This document shows positions 1 through 9,710 of a DNA stretch of 64,000 nucleotides, piece after piece. The stretch spans positions 160,001 through 224,000 of the forward strand of contig JAAOZP010000017.1 in NCBI GenBank assembly GCA_011605725.1, written 5' to 3'. The translations under genes were made by a program, and so were the position numbers. The stretch comes from Nitrososphaerota archaeon (lineage in GTDB: Archaea > Thermoproteota > EX4484-205 > JAAOZP01). Each line of letters begins with the position of its first letter. The stretch's first letter is position 1. The notes beneath the pieces were generated by a model. It was given only the letters and a program-made list of their open reading frames with translations. It was not told where the DNA came from and searched no databases.

Positions 1-328
1 CACCCTTCTGGGTTCTAACTATAACCCTGGTTGAAAGTAGAACCTGGTCGAACCATCCTCCGAGCGGTGCGAAGGTCAGGAAGCCCTGGTCATTTATGCC
101 TGAGACGACGAAGCCCACCTCGTCAACATGGCCGGCGAGAAGGACACGCGGTCTTTCGGAACTACCCTTCTTGACGAACGCTAGAGAACCCAGTTTGTCC
201 GACATAATCTCGTCAGCATAAGCCTGCATATAGCTCTTCGCCTTTAACAGAACCTCCTTCTCATACCCAGCGGGTCCGAACGAGTTTGTCAGGTCCTCCA
301 GTACTTTAACCATCCATTCTCCGGACAA
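1..328 (-). CDS. M42 family (TET-like) aminopeptidase, 5' part, truncated by window edge
   Basis: Manual translation (absent from ORF track): MSGEWMVKVLEDLTNSFGPAGYE...SDKLGS...RVLLAGHVDEVGFVVSGINDQGFLTFAPLGGWFDQVL; HxDEVG and LGG motifs of M42. Confidence 0.9.
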   Translation of the reverse strand, partial: MSGEWMVKVLEDLTNSFGPAGYEKEVLLKAKSYMQAYADEIMSDKLGSLAFVKKGSSERPRVLLAGHVDEVGFVVSGINDQGFLTFAPLGGWFDQVLLSTRVIVRTQKG

Positions 329-1021
329 TGTTGGAAAAAGGTTTAACAAAGGTTAAATAAAAGCTTTTTCACCTTCCTCTGTACACTTATCCCGATCATC
401 TGGATTACAAATCCATAGTTATATTTGAACCTAAATCAGTATCTTGGTCCATCCTTGCTAAGAAGAACGACCCCGCCTGCTCCCAGGTTTCAACAGCCTT
501 TTCAACGTCGCTTGATACTCTCAGGGATCTCCGGCCCATGAGCCAAACTGATTCTCCGAGTCTCCTGCCTCATACGCTTTTTCTCAACCATGGTCTCCTG
601 TCCTTCGAATTTACCTTACGCGGCGTTACAGGCCTCCTGCAAACAACTAAATGCGGCAAACCTACTTTAGGCTTCTTATTATAATCGTAAACCAGCTTCA
701 GCATCACTCTGTGAACACGTTTACACACCTACCTGTATACAAATCTCTAAGGTCGAAGATAACCACATCCGAAGAAATATTCTTCGAGTAACCATAATGC
801 AACTATTCCCGCAAGCAGACTATAACGATGCGATAAACATTATGAAGCAGGTAATCACGCTACATGTCTTCGCTGGACCAATCCTTCGGGTGAAGTATGT
901 CAAGCTTTAATCCCTCATTCCTGAAGGCTTAAAGGCTTTTTGATGGCAATATCTTCCCGAAATCATGAGGGAAAAATTAATATTCCCCCGTAGGCATGTT
1001 TTCTAAGCGGAGGTGTTTAAA

Positions 1022-1609
1022 ATGTCTGAAGACTGGTTTGAAGACTGGTTTGAAAAGCTTGAGAAGGATTTAAGAAGAATGATGCGGAGAGCCTTTAGCG
1101 CAACACCGTTCGAAGAGGATTTCTTCGACCTTTTCAAAGGTCTTGAGGAGAAGTTTCCAAAAGACCTGGTTAGGGAGGAGAAGCTTCCCGACGGAAGCGT
1201 CAGAAGGGAGTACGGCCCGTTCATATATGGCTACTCCGTCAGGATAGGGCCTGACGGCAAGCCAATCGTAAGAGAGTTTGGAAACGTTAAGCGTAAAGTT
1301 TCCCCTGTGAAACCGCTTGAAGTTAAGGAGGCTGCTGAGCCGCTGATAGACGTCATCACGGAGGAGGACAAGATTAAAGTCATAGCTGAGGTGCCCGGTG
1401 TGGATAAGCAGGATATTAAGCTGAACGTTGTCGGGAAGACTCTTTCAATACGTGCAGAGTCTGAGAGGAGAAAGTATAGTAAGGATGTTGAGCTGCCTGA
1501 AGAGGTTGACCCCAAGACTGCTAAAGCCAGCTATAAGAATGGTATTCTGGAGGTAACGCTGAACAGGGTTAGGAAGGAGAAGAAGGGCGAGGAAATACCA
1601 ATAGAATAG
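1022..1609 (+). CDS. Small heat shock protein (archaeal Hsp20)
   Basis: Alpha-crystallin domain (AEVPGVDKQDI...ASYKNGILEV) plus archaeal GPFIYGYSVRIGPDGKP segment. Confidence 0.95.
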   Translation: MSEDWFEDWFEKLEKDLRRMMRRAFSATPFEEDFFDLFKGLEEKFPKDLVREEKLPDGSVRREYGPFIYGYSVRIGPDGKPIVREFGNVKRKVSPVKPLEVKEAAEPLIDVITEEDKIKVIAEVPGVDKQDIKLNVVGKTLSIRAESERRKYSKDVELPEEVDPKTAKASYKNGILEVTLNRVRKEKKGEEIPIE

Positions 1610-1619
1610 CCTGCACTCC

Positions 1620-1883
1620 ATGAACACGCTGCTGACCCTAGCCGCTACGCTCCTAATCCTAGCGGGTTTCCTACTTGTTTTTATAGCTGTTTTCATGGAG
1701 CTGCTACGTGCTTTTAAACAGGGAGGCACTGAGGTTGAGAAGCAAAGTGGGGCAGTGGTGATGATAGGCCCAATCCCCATAGTCCTTGCTTCAGACCCTA
1801 AGACAGCCAGAATGCTGCTTGTGCTTGCCATCATACTCACCCTGATCTTAATCTTTTTAACAGTCTTATTCGCCTACGGTTGA
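1620..1883 (+). CDS. DUF131/TIGR00304-family small membrane protein
   Basis: Two hydrophobic segments flanking GAVVMIGPIPIV motif. Confidence 0.85.
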   Translation: MNTLLTLAATLLILAGFLLVFIAVFMELLRAFKQGGTEVEKQSGAVVMIGPIPIVLASDPKTARMLLVLAIILTLILIFLTVLFAYG

Positions 1884-1889
1884 GAGGCT

Positions 1890-2153
1890 TTGAAGAGTTT
1901 CGGAAAACTAATACTAGCAGGCTTCATCCTTATAATAACTGGTTTCGTAACGCTTCTCCTGGCCTCACTGCCGTTTGCTGAAGCCAAGGTTGGGGGAGCC
2001 TTCGTAATATTTATAGGTCCCTTCCCACTGGCATTCGGCTTCGGAGAATACTCTCCCATCCTCCTACTCGTCAGCGTAATTATCGCCGCGGTGATGATAA
2101 TGATCATACTGATAATTTTAAAAAGCTCTTTGAAAAAAGCTGACGCCTCTTAG
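1890..2153 (+). CDS. DUF131-family small membrane protein (tandem paralog)
   Basis: GGAFVIFIGPFPLAFG motif between two TM helices. Confidence 0.8.
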   Translation: MKSFGKLILAGFILIITGFVTLLLASLPFAEAKVGGAFVIFIGPFPLAFGFGEYSPILLLVSVIIAAVMIMIILIILKSSLKKADAS

Positions 2154-2175
2154 GTTTGGAAAAGCGAGTTTAAAG

Positions 2176-2811
2176 CTACGGCTCAGGTTCCATTATAACA
2201 GCGTTCTCACCAACTATGCTGCGGAACCTCTCAGCGTCACTCTTACCTCCAACAATGGAGCCATAATGCATAGGCACGAATATTCCCACACCTATGTCTT
2301 TAGCCGCCTGCGCAGCCTCCTCAGCATTCATAGTGTATGTTCCACCGATTGGAAGAAGGGAGACATCCGGCTTTAAACCAGCCATTTCAGGAATTCTGTC
2401 AGTATCCCCTGCATGATATATTTTCACACCGCCTATTGTAACCACGTACCCAACCTTGCCATCCATCTTAGGGTGGAAGGATTTTCCAACGTTGTACGAG
2501 GGAACAGCCTCAACCTTAACACCTGCGACATCGATGCTTAAACCAGGCTTAACAAACTTATGCTCTAAGCCTAACTGCCTGAACCTTGCTTCACACTCCT
2601 TGGGGCCGATTAAAAGAGTCTTGGGGGAAGAAACCTTCCTAATGTCTTCTAAGCTTAAATGGTCGAAATGGTTGTGCGTAACCAGTATGATGTCTGCAGT
2701 CGGACCGCCTTTAATCTTAAACGGATCTATGTAGATTGTTTTCCCTTCTCCAACTATTCTGAAGCCAGCGTGCCCCAGCCAATATATCTTAACACCCTTA
2801 ACCTCTATCAA
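2176..2811 (-). CDS. Metallo-beta-lactamase fold hydrolase (UPF0173-like)
   Basis: WLGHAGF, THNHFDH, YHAGDT, PMHYG motifs; start re-assigned to TTG 2811. Confidence 0.9.
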   Translation of the reverse strand: MIEVKGVKIYWLGHAGFRIVGEGKTIYIDPFKIKGGPTADIILVTHNHFDHLSLEDIRKVSSPKTLLIGPKECEARFRQLGLEHKFVKPGLSIDVAGVKVEAVPSYNVGKSFHPKMDGKVGYVVTIGGVKIYHAGDTDRIPEMAGLKPDVSLLPIGGTYTMNAEEAAQAAKDIGVGIFVPMHYGSIVGGKSDAERFRSIVGENAVIMEPEP

Positions 2812-3305
2812 ACTGTATTTAAGTAGTTGGAACAAGGTTGAATATAAAGGTTATTCTCCATGATCTCTGCAGCCCCAAGTGCTCACATGTCCCGGCGTGT
2901 TAAGACAGCCCTGTCATTAATGCACTGACAACATAGAGAGTACGAGTAAAATAGAAGATACGTGTGTTAAACTTGTCCTGGAGTAACCGGTTCTAGCATC
3001 TAGGCTTGACAGAGAGATTAAGCAAGCATTCAGTTCATCCAGCATGATTGACCTAGGCTCATGCATATTCTCCAGTCAGCACAGTCCTCCGCCTCTAATT
3101 CCCGTTTAACTCGTGAATACACTTGTGGAGGCATTTTTCCACCTAGGCTCATTGAATCATTATCGAGCTAATCTTCAATTTCCAAATTTAATTCAGTAAT
3201 TCCTTCATCCCTTGTTGAAACTGGGAAAGACTAGTCTTAGGGAAAACCAGGCTCGACCGTTAAACATTACGTTTATAAGGCTTATCGCAATGTCTGCAAA
3301 CAGTC

Positions 3306-4958
3306 TTGAAAAAACTAGTTTACGCAGTGTTCCTAATGCTCGCACTCCTAACTCCACGGAACGCGGGCAACCGCTTCCTTGCGTCAGTGGGTGAAGCGGG
3401 CCCGCACAGTTTTAAAAACACTGCTGAAAAAAGCTTTTCAATCCAGATGACGGTTAACTCGGCAGAGGATGGAGACACGATATATGTTCCACCAGGCAAA
3501 TATACGGAGAATCTTAAAATAAACAAATCCGTGAAGCTTATTGCTAACGGAACGGTGGAAATTAGACCGGTTAATCCGAAAGACAATACCGTAGAAATAT
3601 TGAAGGATAATGTCACCCTTATTGGTTTCACTTTAGTAAACCAGGGAGGAATATGTGGAATACGCGTTGCAGGGGTGACGGGCTACAGGATTACTGGCAA
3701 CAAGATTCTAGGTGGCGACTACGGATTGCTGATTGAGGATTCAAGTAAAGGTTTTGTCTACGGAAATGAAGTTGAAGGGTGTCTTTTCGGAATATACTTT
3801 CGAGAATCCTCTGGCAACACTGTTTCCCAGAATACTGTTGAATCCTGCAAGTATGGAATTAGCCTCTCATTATGTTTAAACATCACGGTTGTTGGAAACA
3901 TGGTGGCCAACTGTACCTACGGCCTGTATAATCACATGTCTGATAGGAGCAATGTGTCGAAAAACGTTTTTCGGGGAAACATGATGGGTTTAGTGGCCGC
4001 CAGGTCTGTAGAAAACCAGATACTTCTGAACGAAATCCTAAATAATTTTTACGGAGTGCATTTAGATGATGTTCGCATAAGCATCGTGGCTAAGAATAAT
4101 GTTTCCGGAGGCCTTATAGGCGTAAAGGTGCAGAACTCGTACAACATCTCTTTACTGAACAACGCCGTACGCTTCTCAACGAATAACATTGCAATAGATT
4201 CAAGCCTCAACATGACTGTCTCAGGCAACATGCTGGAACATGCCAAGGGACATGGAATAATCGCTTATGAAACAGCCAACAGCATTCTATCTTGGAATTC
4301 GATCTCCCATTGCCGCGTAGGGATCTCTATTGAAAATTGCAGGCTTAACAGGGTTGAGGGAAATTTAGCGGTGCAGAATTCGTATGGGCTCTACCTCTTC
4401 CGTTCATCCGGAATCCAGCTTACAAATAACCGATGTTTCAACAATACGAATACGGATTTCTATTCAGAGGGCTCCGAGAATATTTTTGTCAAAGATCTTG
4501 AGTTAAATGGCAATACGAATGATACAGAAGTCTCTTTCACCTATCGAGGCGACGTGTCTATAAAAAGATCTGAGCCCATCGAGTTCAGAGCTGGAAGACT
4601 TTTAAGCGGCTTCTTCAACATCACCCTACTCTCCGCCAACTGCCAAGTAAGGATAAACGTCACATATAACTTGAGAGACATCCAGGAAACCCGGAGGGAG
4701 GAGCCAGTCCTCTACCGTTGGACAGGCTTAGAGTGGAAACCATTAAGAGGCTCTGTAAGGGAAGAATCCTCCGTAAAGGGTTCAGCATCCTTCCTATTAT
4801 CAGAAACCGGAATCTACGTGCTAGGAGTCGGTGAGAAAACCCTGGAACAGTTTCCTTCAGCCGTGACGGTTACAGTTGTTTTAACACTCATACTCGGCTC
4901 CTATTTGACTCTGAAGAAACTCTTAAAAAGTAGAAAGACATCGGTTTTAAAATCGTAA
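3306..4958 (+). CDS. Secreted, membrane-anchored right-handed beta-helix (NosD/CASH) protein
   Basis: Signal peptide, SIQ..VNSAEDGDTIYVPPGKYTENL, repeated N-x-I..N..YGI repeats, C-terminal TM plus basic tail. Confidence 0.85.
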   Translation: MKKLVYAVFLMLALLTPRNAGNRFLASVGEAGPHSFKNTAEKSFSIQMTVNSAEDGDTIYVPPGKYTENLKINKSVKLIANGTVEIRPVNPKDNTVEILKDNVTLIGFTLVNQGGICGIRVAGVTGYRITGNKILGGDYGLLIEDSSKGFVYGNEVEGCLFGIYFRESSGNTVSQNTVESCKYGISLSLCLNITVVGNMVANCTYGLYNHMSDRSNVSKNVFRGNMMGLVAARSVENQILLNEILNNFYGVHLDDVRISIVAKNNVSGGLIGVKVQNSYNISLLNNAVRFSTNNIAIDSSLNMTVSGNMLEHAKGHGIIAYETANSILSWNSISHCRVGISIENCRLNRVEGNLAVQNSYGLYLFRSSGIQLTNNRCFNNTNTDFYSEGSENIFVKDLELNGNTNDTEVSFTYRGDVSIKRSEPIEFRAGRLLSGFFNITLLSANCQVRINVTYNLRDIQETRREEPVLYRWTGLEWKPLRGSVREESSVKGSASFLLSETGIYVLGVGEKTLEQFPSAVTVTVVLTLILGSYLTLKKLLKSRKTSVLKS

Positions 4959-4973
4959 ACCACTGAGTGTACA

Positions 4974-5231
4974 CTATTCTCCGGATTCTTCTTTTTTCCT
5001 CACAGCTTCCCTTATTATTGTTATAAGGTAGACGAGAGTACCGTAACCCACTAGTGCGACGCTGGAGAAAGAAAAAGCTATTTGAATCACGACGAGGACG
5101 GATAGCATAGTCGGATTATAGCCTGTCCTAACATACCACATATTGTATAAACCGGCAAGCATTGACAGCAGGTAGAGCAGAACTCCGATGATCATAGCTC
5201 TCTTAGGATTCACTCTGCTAAGACCTCTCAT
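4974..5231 (-). CDS. Small two-TM membrane protein at end of opp operon (start uncertain)
   Basis: Two hydrophobic helices, co-oriented with and abutting oppF. Confidence 0.6.
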   Translation of the reverse strand: MRGLSRVNPKRAMIIGVLLYLLSMLAGLYNMWYVRTGYNPTMLSVLVVIQIAFSFSSVALVGYGTLVYLITIIREAVRKKEESGE

Positions 5232-6210
5232 AAAGCCAGCATTTAACCCAGTGTCCTGGGGCTGCTTCAAACTCCGGCGGCTCCTCTTTAAAACACTTGT
5301 CAAAGGCACGTGGACAACGCGGAGAGAATCTGCAGTTCTTAGGAGGATCTACGAGGGCGGGAGGCTCTCCTGGTGGAACTTCTTTAAACCTGCTCCTGTT
5401 CTGCGGATTTGGGTCCGGTGTTGCTATAAGCAGGGCTTTTGTATACGGGTGTAAAGGATTCCTCAAGACTTCCCGGGTAGAAGCCTTCTCCATAACGTGC
5501 CCGGCGTACATTATCAGCGCCGATTCTGAGAAGAATCGTGTTGTTGCAAGATCGTGCGTTATGTATATCACGCCGAGCCTAAGCCTTTCCTGAAGCCTTC
5601 TTAACAAAGTTAGAATCTCTATCCGCACGGAGGCATCCAGCATCGATACAGGCTCGTCGGCAACGATTAGCCGGGGTTCAAGAATTATCGCCCTAGCTAT
5701 CGCAACCCTCTGCAACTGGCCTCCGCTGAGCATATGGGGATACTTATATGCGAAGTCCTCGACTGGCGTAAGCCTCACTTCTTCAAGCGCCTTGAAAACT
5801 CTTTCAGCCCTCTCCTCTCTCGACTTAACCGTGTTATGAATTAGGAGTGGTTCCTCCAATGCCCTGAATACTGTGAAATGGGATGCGAAGGCTCCGAAAG
5901 GATCCTGTTGGACTAGGCTCGCCATTCTCCTGTACCACTTTAAATCCTTCACCTTAGTATGTGTGATATCTTTCCCTTGAAAAAGTATCCTGCCGCCGTT
6001 GGGCTCGTAAAGCCTTAGGATAGTCTTACCCAGAGTCGTCTTCCCACTTCCACTCTCCCCTACGAGCGACACGGCTTTTCCCTCTTCAAGGCTGAAAGTC
6101 ACGCCGTCAACCGCCTTCACATAATTCACCCTAGAGCTTAGGAAACCCCTTCTGATTTCAAACCATTTCCGCAAGTCTTCCAGCTCAAGCAGCCTAGTAT
6201 CCGAATTCAT
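5218..6210 (-). CDS. oppF: Oligopeptide/dipeptide ABC transporter ATPase (OppF/DppF-like)
   Basis: GESGSGKT, LSGGQLQR, ADEP, HPYT, C-terminal CRFxPRC. Confidence 0.92.
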   Translation of the reverse strand: MNSDTRLLELEDLRKWFEIRRGFLSSRVNYVKAVDGVTFSLEEGKAVSLVGESGSGKTTLGKTILRLYEPNGGRILFQGKDITHTKVKDLKWYRRMASLVQQDPFGAFASHFTVFRALEEPLLIHNTVKSREERAERVFKALEEVRLTPVEDFAYKYPHMLSGGQLQRVAIARAIILEPRLIVADEPVSMLDASVRIEILTLLRRLQERLRLGVIYITHDLATTRFFSESALIMYAGHVMEKASTREVLRNPLHPYTKALLIATPDPNPQNRSRFKEVPPGEPPALVDPPKNCRFSPRCPRAFDKCFKEEPPEFEAAPGHWVKCWLYERS

Positions 6211-7181
6211 TTCCCATCACCGTAAAGCCAGCATCTAACTAAATGGTCTTCACCCACCTTAATCATCCCGGGTTCCTCAGCACTACACTTATCCCACGCA
6301 AACCTGCATCTCGGGTGGAACCTGCAGCCCGAAGGCGGGTCTATTAGGCTTGGCGGAGCCCCACTTATGAACTCTGGCTTCCTATCGGTGGTAAGCGTTG
6401 GGACACTTGCTATTAGGCCTCTTGAATAAGGGTGCTTCGGCTCCGTGTAGAAGACATCCGCGCTGGAGAGCTCAACTATCTTACCCGCGTATATAACAGC
6501 AACTTTATTTGCAAGCTCGCTGGCTAAGCCCAAGTCGTGAGTTATGAAAATATAGCTGAGCCTAAACTCGTTTTTAATCCTCTTCAAAAGGTTGATTATG
6601 TTAGCCTGGGTCAAGACGTCCAGCGCTGAAGTAGGCTCGTCGAGAATCACTATTTCAGGATTGGTTATCAGGGCCATTGCTATAGCCGCCCTCTGTTTCA
6701 TGCCGCCACTGAGCTCAAACGGATATCTTTCAGCAAATACTCCAGGCATCCCCATAAGCTCAATCAGCTGCCTCGCCTTTTTCAAAGCCTCTTTCTTCTC
6801 AACATTATCGTGAATGACCAGTGGTTCAGCCACTTGCTGGCCTATTTTATAAACCGGGTTGAACGAGTTCATCGCTCCTTGGAAGACAATTGATATTTTC
6901 TTCCACCTAACCTCCCTTCTGAAAGCCTCCTCGTCGAGCTCCATCACGTTCCTGCCGTTGAGAAACACTTTTCCCTCGTAAGTATGAATGTTCCTCGGGA
7001 GAACCCGGACAAGGGCACGAGCCAACGTACTCTTCCCACATCCTGACTCGCCGACGACCGCTAGCACATCCTCCTTCTCCAGGTCGAAATTTATCTCCTC
7101 CAAGGCCTTCACTACTCCTTTTCTAGTTCTATAGTAAAGCTTAAGGTCGCGGACTGATAAAACTGTTTTTCCGCTGCTCAT
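6207..7181 (-). CDS. oppD: Oligopeptide/dipeptide ABC transporter ATPase (OppD/DppD-like)
   Basis: GESGCGKS, LSGGMKQR, DEPTSALD, CRFHPRC. Confidence 0.92.
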   Translation of the reverse strand: MSSGKTVLSVRDLKLYYRTRKGVVKALEEINFDLEKEDVLAVVGESGCGKSTLARALVRVLPRNIHTYEGKVFLNGRNVMELDEEAFRREVRWKKISIVFQGAMNSFNPVYKIGQQVAEPLVIHDNVEKKEALKKARQLIELMGMPGVFAERYPFELSGGMKQRAAIAMALITNPEIVILDEPTSALDVLTQANIINLLKRIKNEFRLSYIFITHDLGLASELANKVAVIYAGKIVELSSADVFYTEPKHPYSRGLIASVPTLTTDRKPEFISGAPPSLIDPPSGCRFHPRCRFAWDKCSAEEPGMIKVGEDHLVRCWLYGDGK

Positions 7182-7185
7182 TCCT

Positions 7186-8571
7186 CTACAACTCCTTTAG
7201 CTTCGGGTTAACTATCTTCTCGAGAGCCATGCCTATCAGGGCGAAAGCGATCGAGGTGAGAATCAGCATGAAGGCAGGCTCTAAAACCCAGTAATACATG
7301 CCTTTGTAGAATGCGCCGTTAGTCTGAGCATCGTTTATAATCTTGCCCCATGTTGGGAGGAATGGGTCTCCCAGCCCTAAGTAGGAAAGCCCAGCCTCAA
7401 GAAACACGAAGCCCGGCACTGAGGATATCATTCCGGGAACTACTGGAGGCAGTATCTTCGGTATAACGTAGAACAGTATTAGCCTCATGTTACTGGCTCC
7501 ATATGCTTGCGCAGCCTCAATATACGGGTAACTCTTAATCTGCATGACTAGTATGCGGGTGCCCTTTATGCCGAGAGAGAATATACTTAGGACAACCACG
7601 CTTAGAAGGATGATTAACAAGTCTATCCTGTAGAACGTTGTAAGCATGATTAGAATCGGCAGGAAGGGCAAGACCGCGTTTATTTCAACTATTCTCTGAA
7701 TAACTAGATCAATCTTCCCACCATACCAACCGCTTATCGTGCCTATTATGAGGCTTAAAACCGTTGTAAGTATAGCGGATGTGAGCCCGAAGGACATGGC
7801 TATTGGAGTTCCCCAGAGCAAACCTATTAGTAGGGGCCTCCTCAGATGGTCTGTACCAGCCAACCCGTAGACTGAACCGTATATCACTACCTCCGCGTTC
7901 AAAACATCATTCTTTTCAAGGGTCGTTTCGAAGCGTATTCCATACCTGCCTTTCAAGACCCTTGGGTCCAGCGAGTATTCTGCGAAAAGGCCTTTCTCAA
8001 CAGTTACCATGAAGCTGGGTTTTCCTCCGACCTTGTTTTCGAAAAGCCCCTCCAGCCTCAGCTCTAGGCTAAGGTCGTTGCTCAAATAAAGCCTGTCGTC
8101 TGGTCTCCTCAAAACATGCTTCTTCAAGAAGACCTCTTCACCATCCGGCCTAATCCAGTAGAATTCTACTGCAGGCTTCTCCGAATAGCTTGAGTTGAAG
8201 AACATCACTATTTCCGACGGAAAATCGTCGTACTCATAGTTGAAGTAGACAGTCCAAGATGCGGCGAGCCTACCGTCTTCAAGCAAAACCTTTGTAGCAT
8301 CAGCATCCTTAAGCGGAACTATGATTGTTCGAGGTAGTTTTTTCCCATAGAAAATCTCAACCCATTCTGGTTGAGCGTTCCTCGGATTCCTGCTCCAGGC
8401 CTCGCTTGACCTCCAAGCTTGAATCGCCTCTGGAAGAGGTATTGTCACCATGGTGTAAACAGAAAGGACAATAAGGAAGAGGAGTATAGCTACTCCGATG
8501 ACAGCAGACTTGTAGCTTAAAACTTCGTGCAAAACGCCTTTTAAGCCGCCAACACGCTTTGAAGAGCTCAT
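7186..8571 (-). CDS. oppC: Peptide ABC transporter permease (OppC/DppC-like) with large extracytoplasmic insert
   Basis: GTDHLRR, EAAQAYGAS (EAA loop), PTWGKII. Confidence 0.9.
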   Translation of the reverse strand: MSSSKRVGGLKGVLHEVLSYKSAVIGVAILLFLIVLSVYTMVTIPLPEAIQAWRSSEAWSRNPRNAQPEWVEIFYGKKLPRTIIVPLKDADATKVLLEDGRLAASWTVYFNYEYDDFPSEIVMFFNSSYSEKPAVEFYWIRPDGEEVFLKKHVLRRPDDRLYLSNDLSLELRLEGLFENKVGGKPSFMVTVEKGLFAEYSLDPRVLKGRYGIRFETTLEKNDVLNAEVVIYGSVYGLAGTDHLRRPLLIGLLWGTPIAMSFGLTSAILTTVLSLIIGTISGWYGGKIDLVIQRIVEINAVLPFLPILIMLTTFYRIDLLIILLSVVVLSIFSLGIKGTRILVMQIKSYPYIEAAQAYGASNMRLILFYVIPKILPPVVPGMISSVPGFVFLEAGLSYLGLGDPFLPTWGKIINDAQTNGAFYKGMYYWVLEPAFMLILTSIAFALIGMALEKIVNPKLKEL

Positions 8572-8573
8572 TT

Positions 8574-9638
8574 TCAACCTCCCCATACTCTAACCCTTGG
8601 ATCCAGAAACGCGTAAACAATATCGAGTGTTAAGACAGTTAGGGTTAACAGCCAAGCGTAAATCGCTACTTCTCCCACTATAACCGGTGGATCCGGGTAA
8701 GAAAGGGCTGCTGACAAGAGCCTACCTAAACCAGGCCAGTCGAAAACGGTTTCTGTTATTATGGCACCGCCCCAGGAGCCGATAATAGCTAGAGATAGCC
8801 CTGTTACTATCGATGGTAACGTCGGCCTTAACACATAACCCATATCCACCTGCCTGGGTGGGAGGCCTTTAGCCTTAGCCACCTCCACGTAATCCTCGGT
8901 TGAGAATATAAGGAAGAAAGTCCTGTTAGAATATATTCCCAGGAACAACCCAGCTATTATCCAAGAAAGCATAGGCAATACCATGTGCTTCAAAACAGAC
9001 AGGAAGTATATAAGTGGGTCCTTGGGCGGAGGATAATCCACTAGTCCCCCTGGAGGAAGCACATGCAGCCAAGTGTAGAAGATCAGTATTAAAAATATTC
9101 CATATACCCATCCTGGTATTACGGAGGTTGGAGCCAGTGCCGCTATTACCCTGTCTATTTTTGAACCGTATTTTCTAGCTATGAGTAGGCCACCTAGAAG
9201 GTTCGTGAAAAAATTGATGATGGTCACAGTTGTGAAGAGCATGATTGTTTGAGGCAGCCTCTCCAGTATTATCAGCCTCACCTGCTTCGACCCGCTGTCG
9301 CTAGTCAGGTAGAGGGCTGTCCCCAGATCCAGGGTTAACGCATTCTTCAAGTGGTAGAGGCTTCTTATTAAGAACGGCGTGTTAAGACCTCTAGCCTCCA
9401 ATGCGGACTGGTATAGGCTGTCTATGATCTTCTGCCTTTCAGAAGCGGTAAGACCCTGGTAAGCCGGATTGTTCCTGACGTTCATCGTGATGCTCATCAT
9501 GAGGTCCGACTTAACCATCTCATCTATAAGACCCCCAAAGTTGGCAAGCAAGATGGATATGTATACAGCAATTACGAGGCTTATAAGCAGTAAAACCGTT
9601 CTCTTAGCCACGAACTTTAAGAATCCTTTTGGAATCAT
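8574..9638 (-). CDS. oppB: Peptide ABC transporter permease (OppB/DppB-like)
   Basis: EDYVEVAKAKG, ITETVFDWPGLG, LDPRVR. Confidence 0.9.
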   Translation of the reverse strand: MIPKGFLKFVAKRTVLLLISLVIAVYISILLANFGGLIDEMVKSDLMMSITMNVRNNPAYQGLTASERQKIIDSLYQSALEARGLNTPFLIRSLYHLKNALTLDLGTALYLTSDSGSKQVRLIILERLPQTIMLFTTVTIINFFTNLLGGLLIARKYGSKIDRVIAALAPTSVIPGWVYGIFLILIFYTWLHVLPPGGLVDYPPPKDPLIYFLSVLKHMVLPMLSWIIAGLFLGIYSNRTFFLIFSTEDYVEVAKAKGLPPRQVDMGYVLRPTLPSIVTGLSLAIIGSWGGAIITETVFDWPGLGRLLSAALSYPDPPVIVGEVAIYAWLLTLTVLTLDIVYAFLDPRVRVWGG

Positions 9639-9710
9639 TGATTATGGGTCACCCTGCTCCATTTTTCCAGAAGGAGAAAAAAGAAGGGGATAAAAACTTT
9701 TCTGTGTACT

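Noticed and set aside
2836-3305. Intergenic 12-bp direct repeat ACCTAGGCTCAT (3051, 3141) and small palindromes
   Set aside because: Only two copies, with no array, terminal structure or RNA-family motif I could support.
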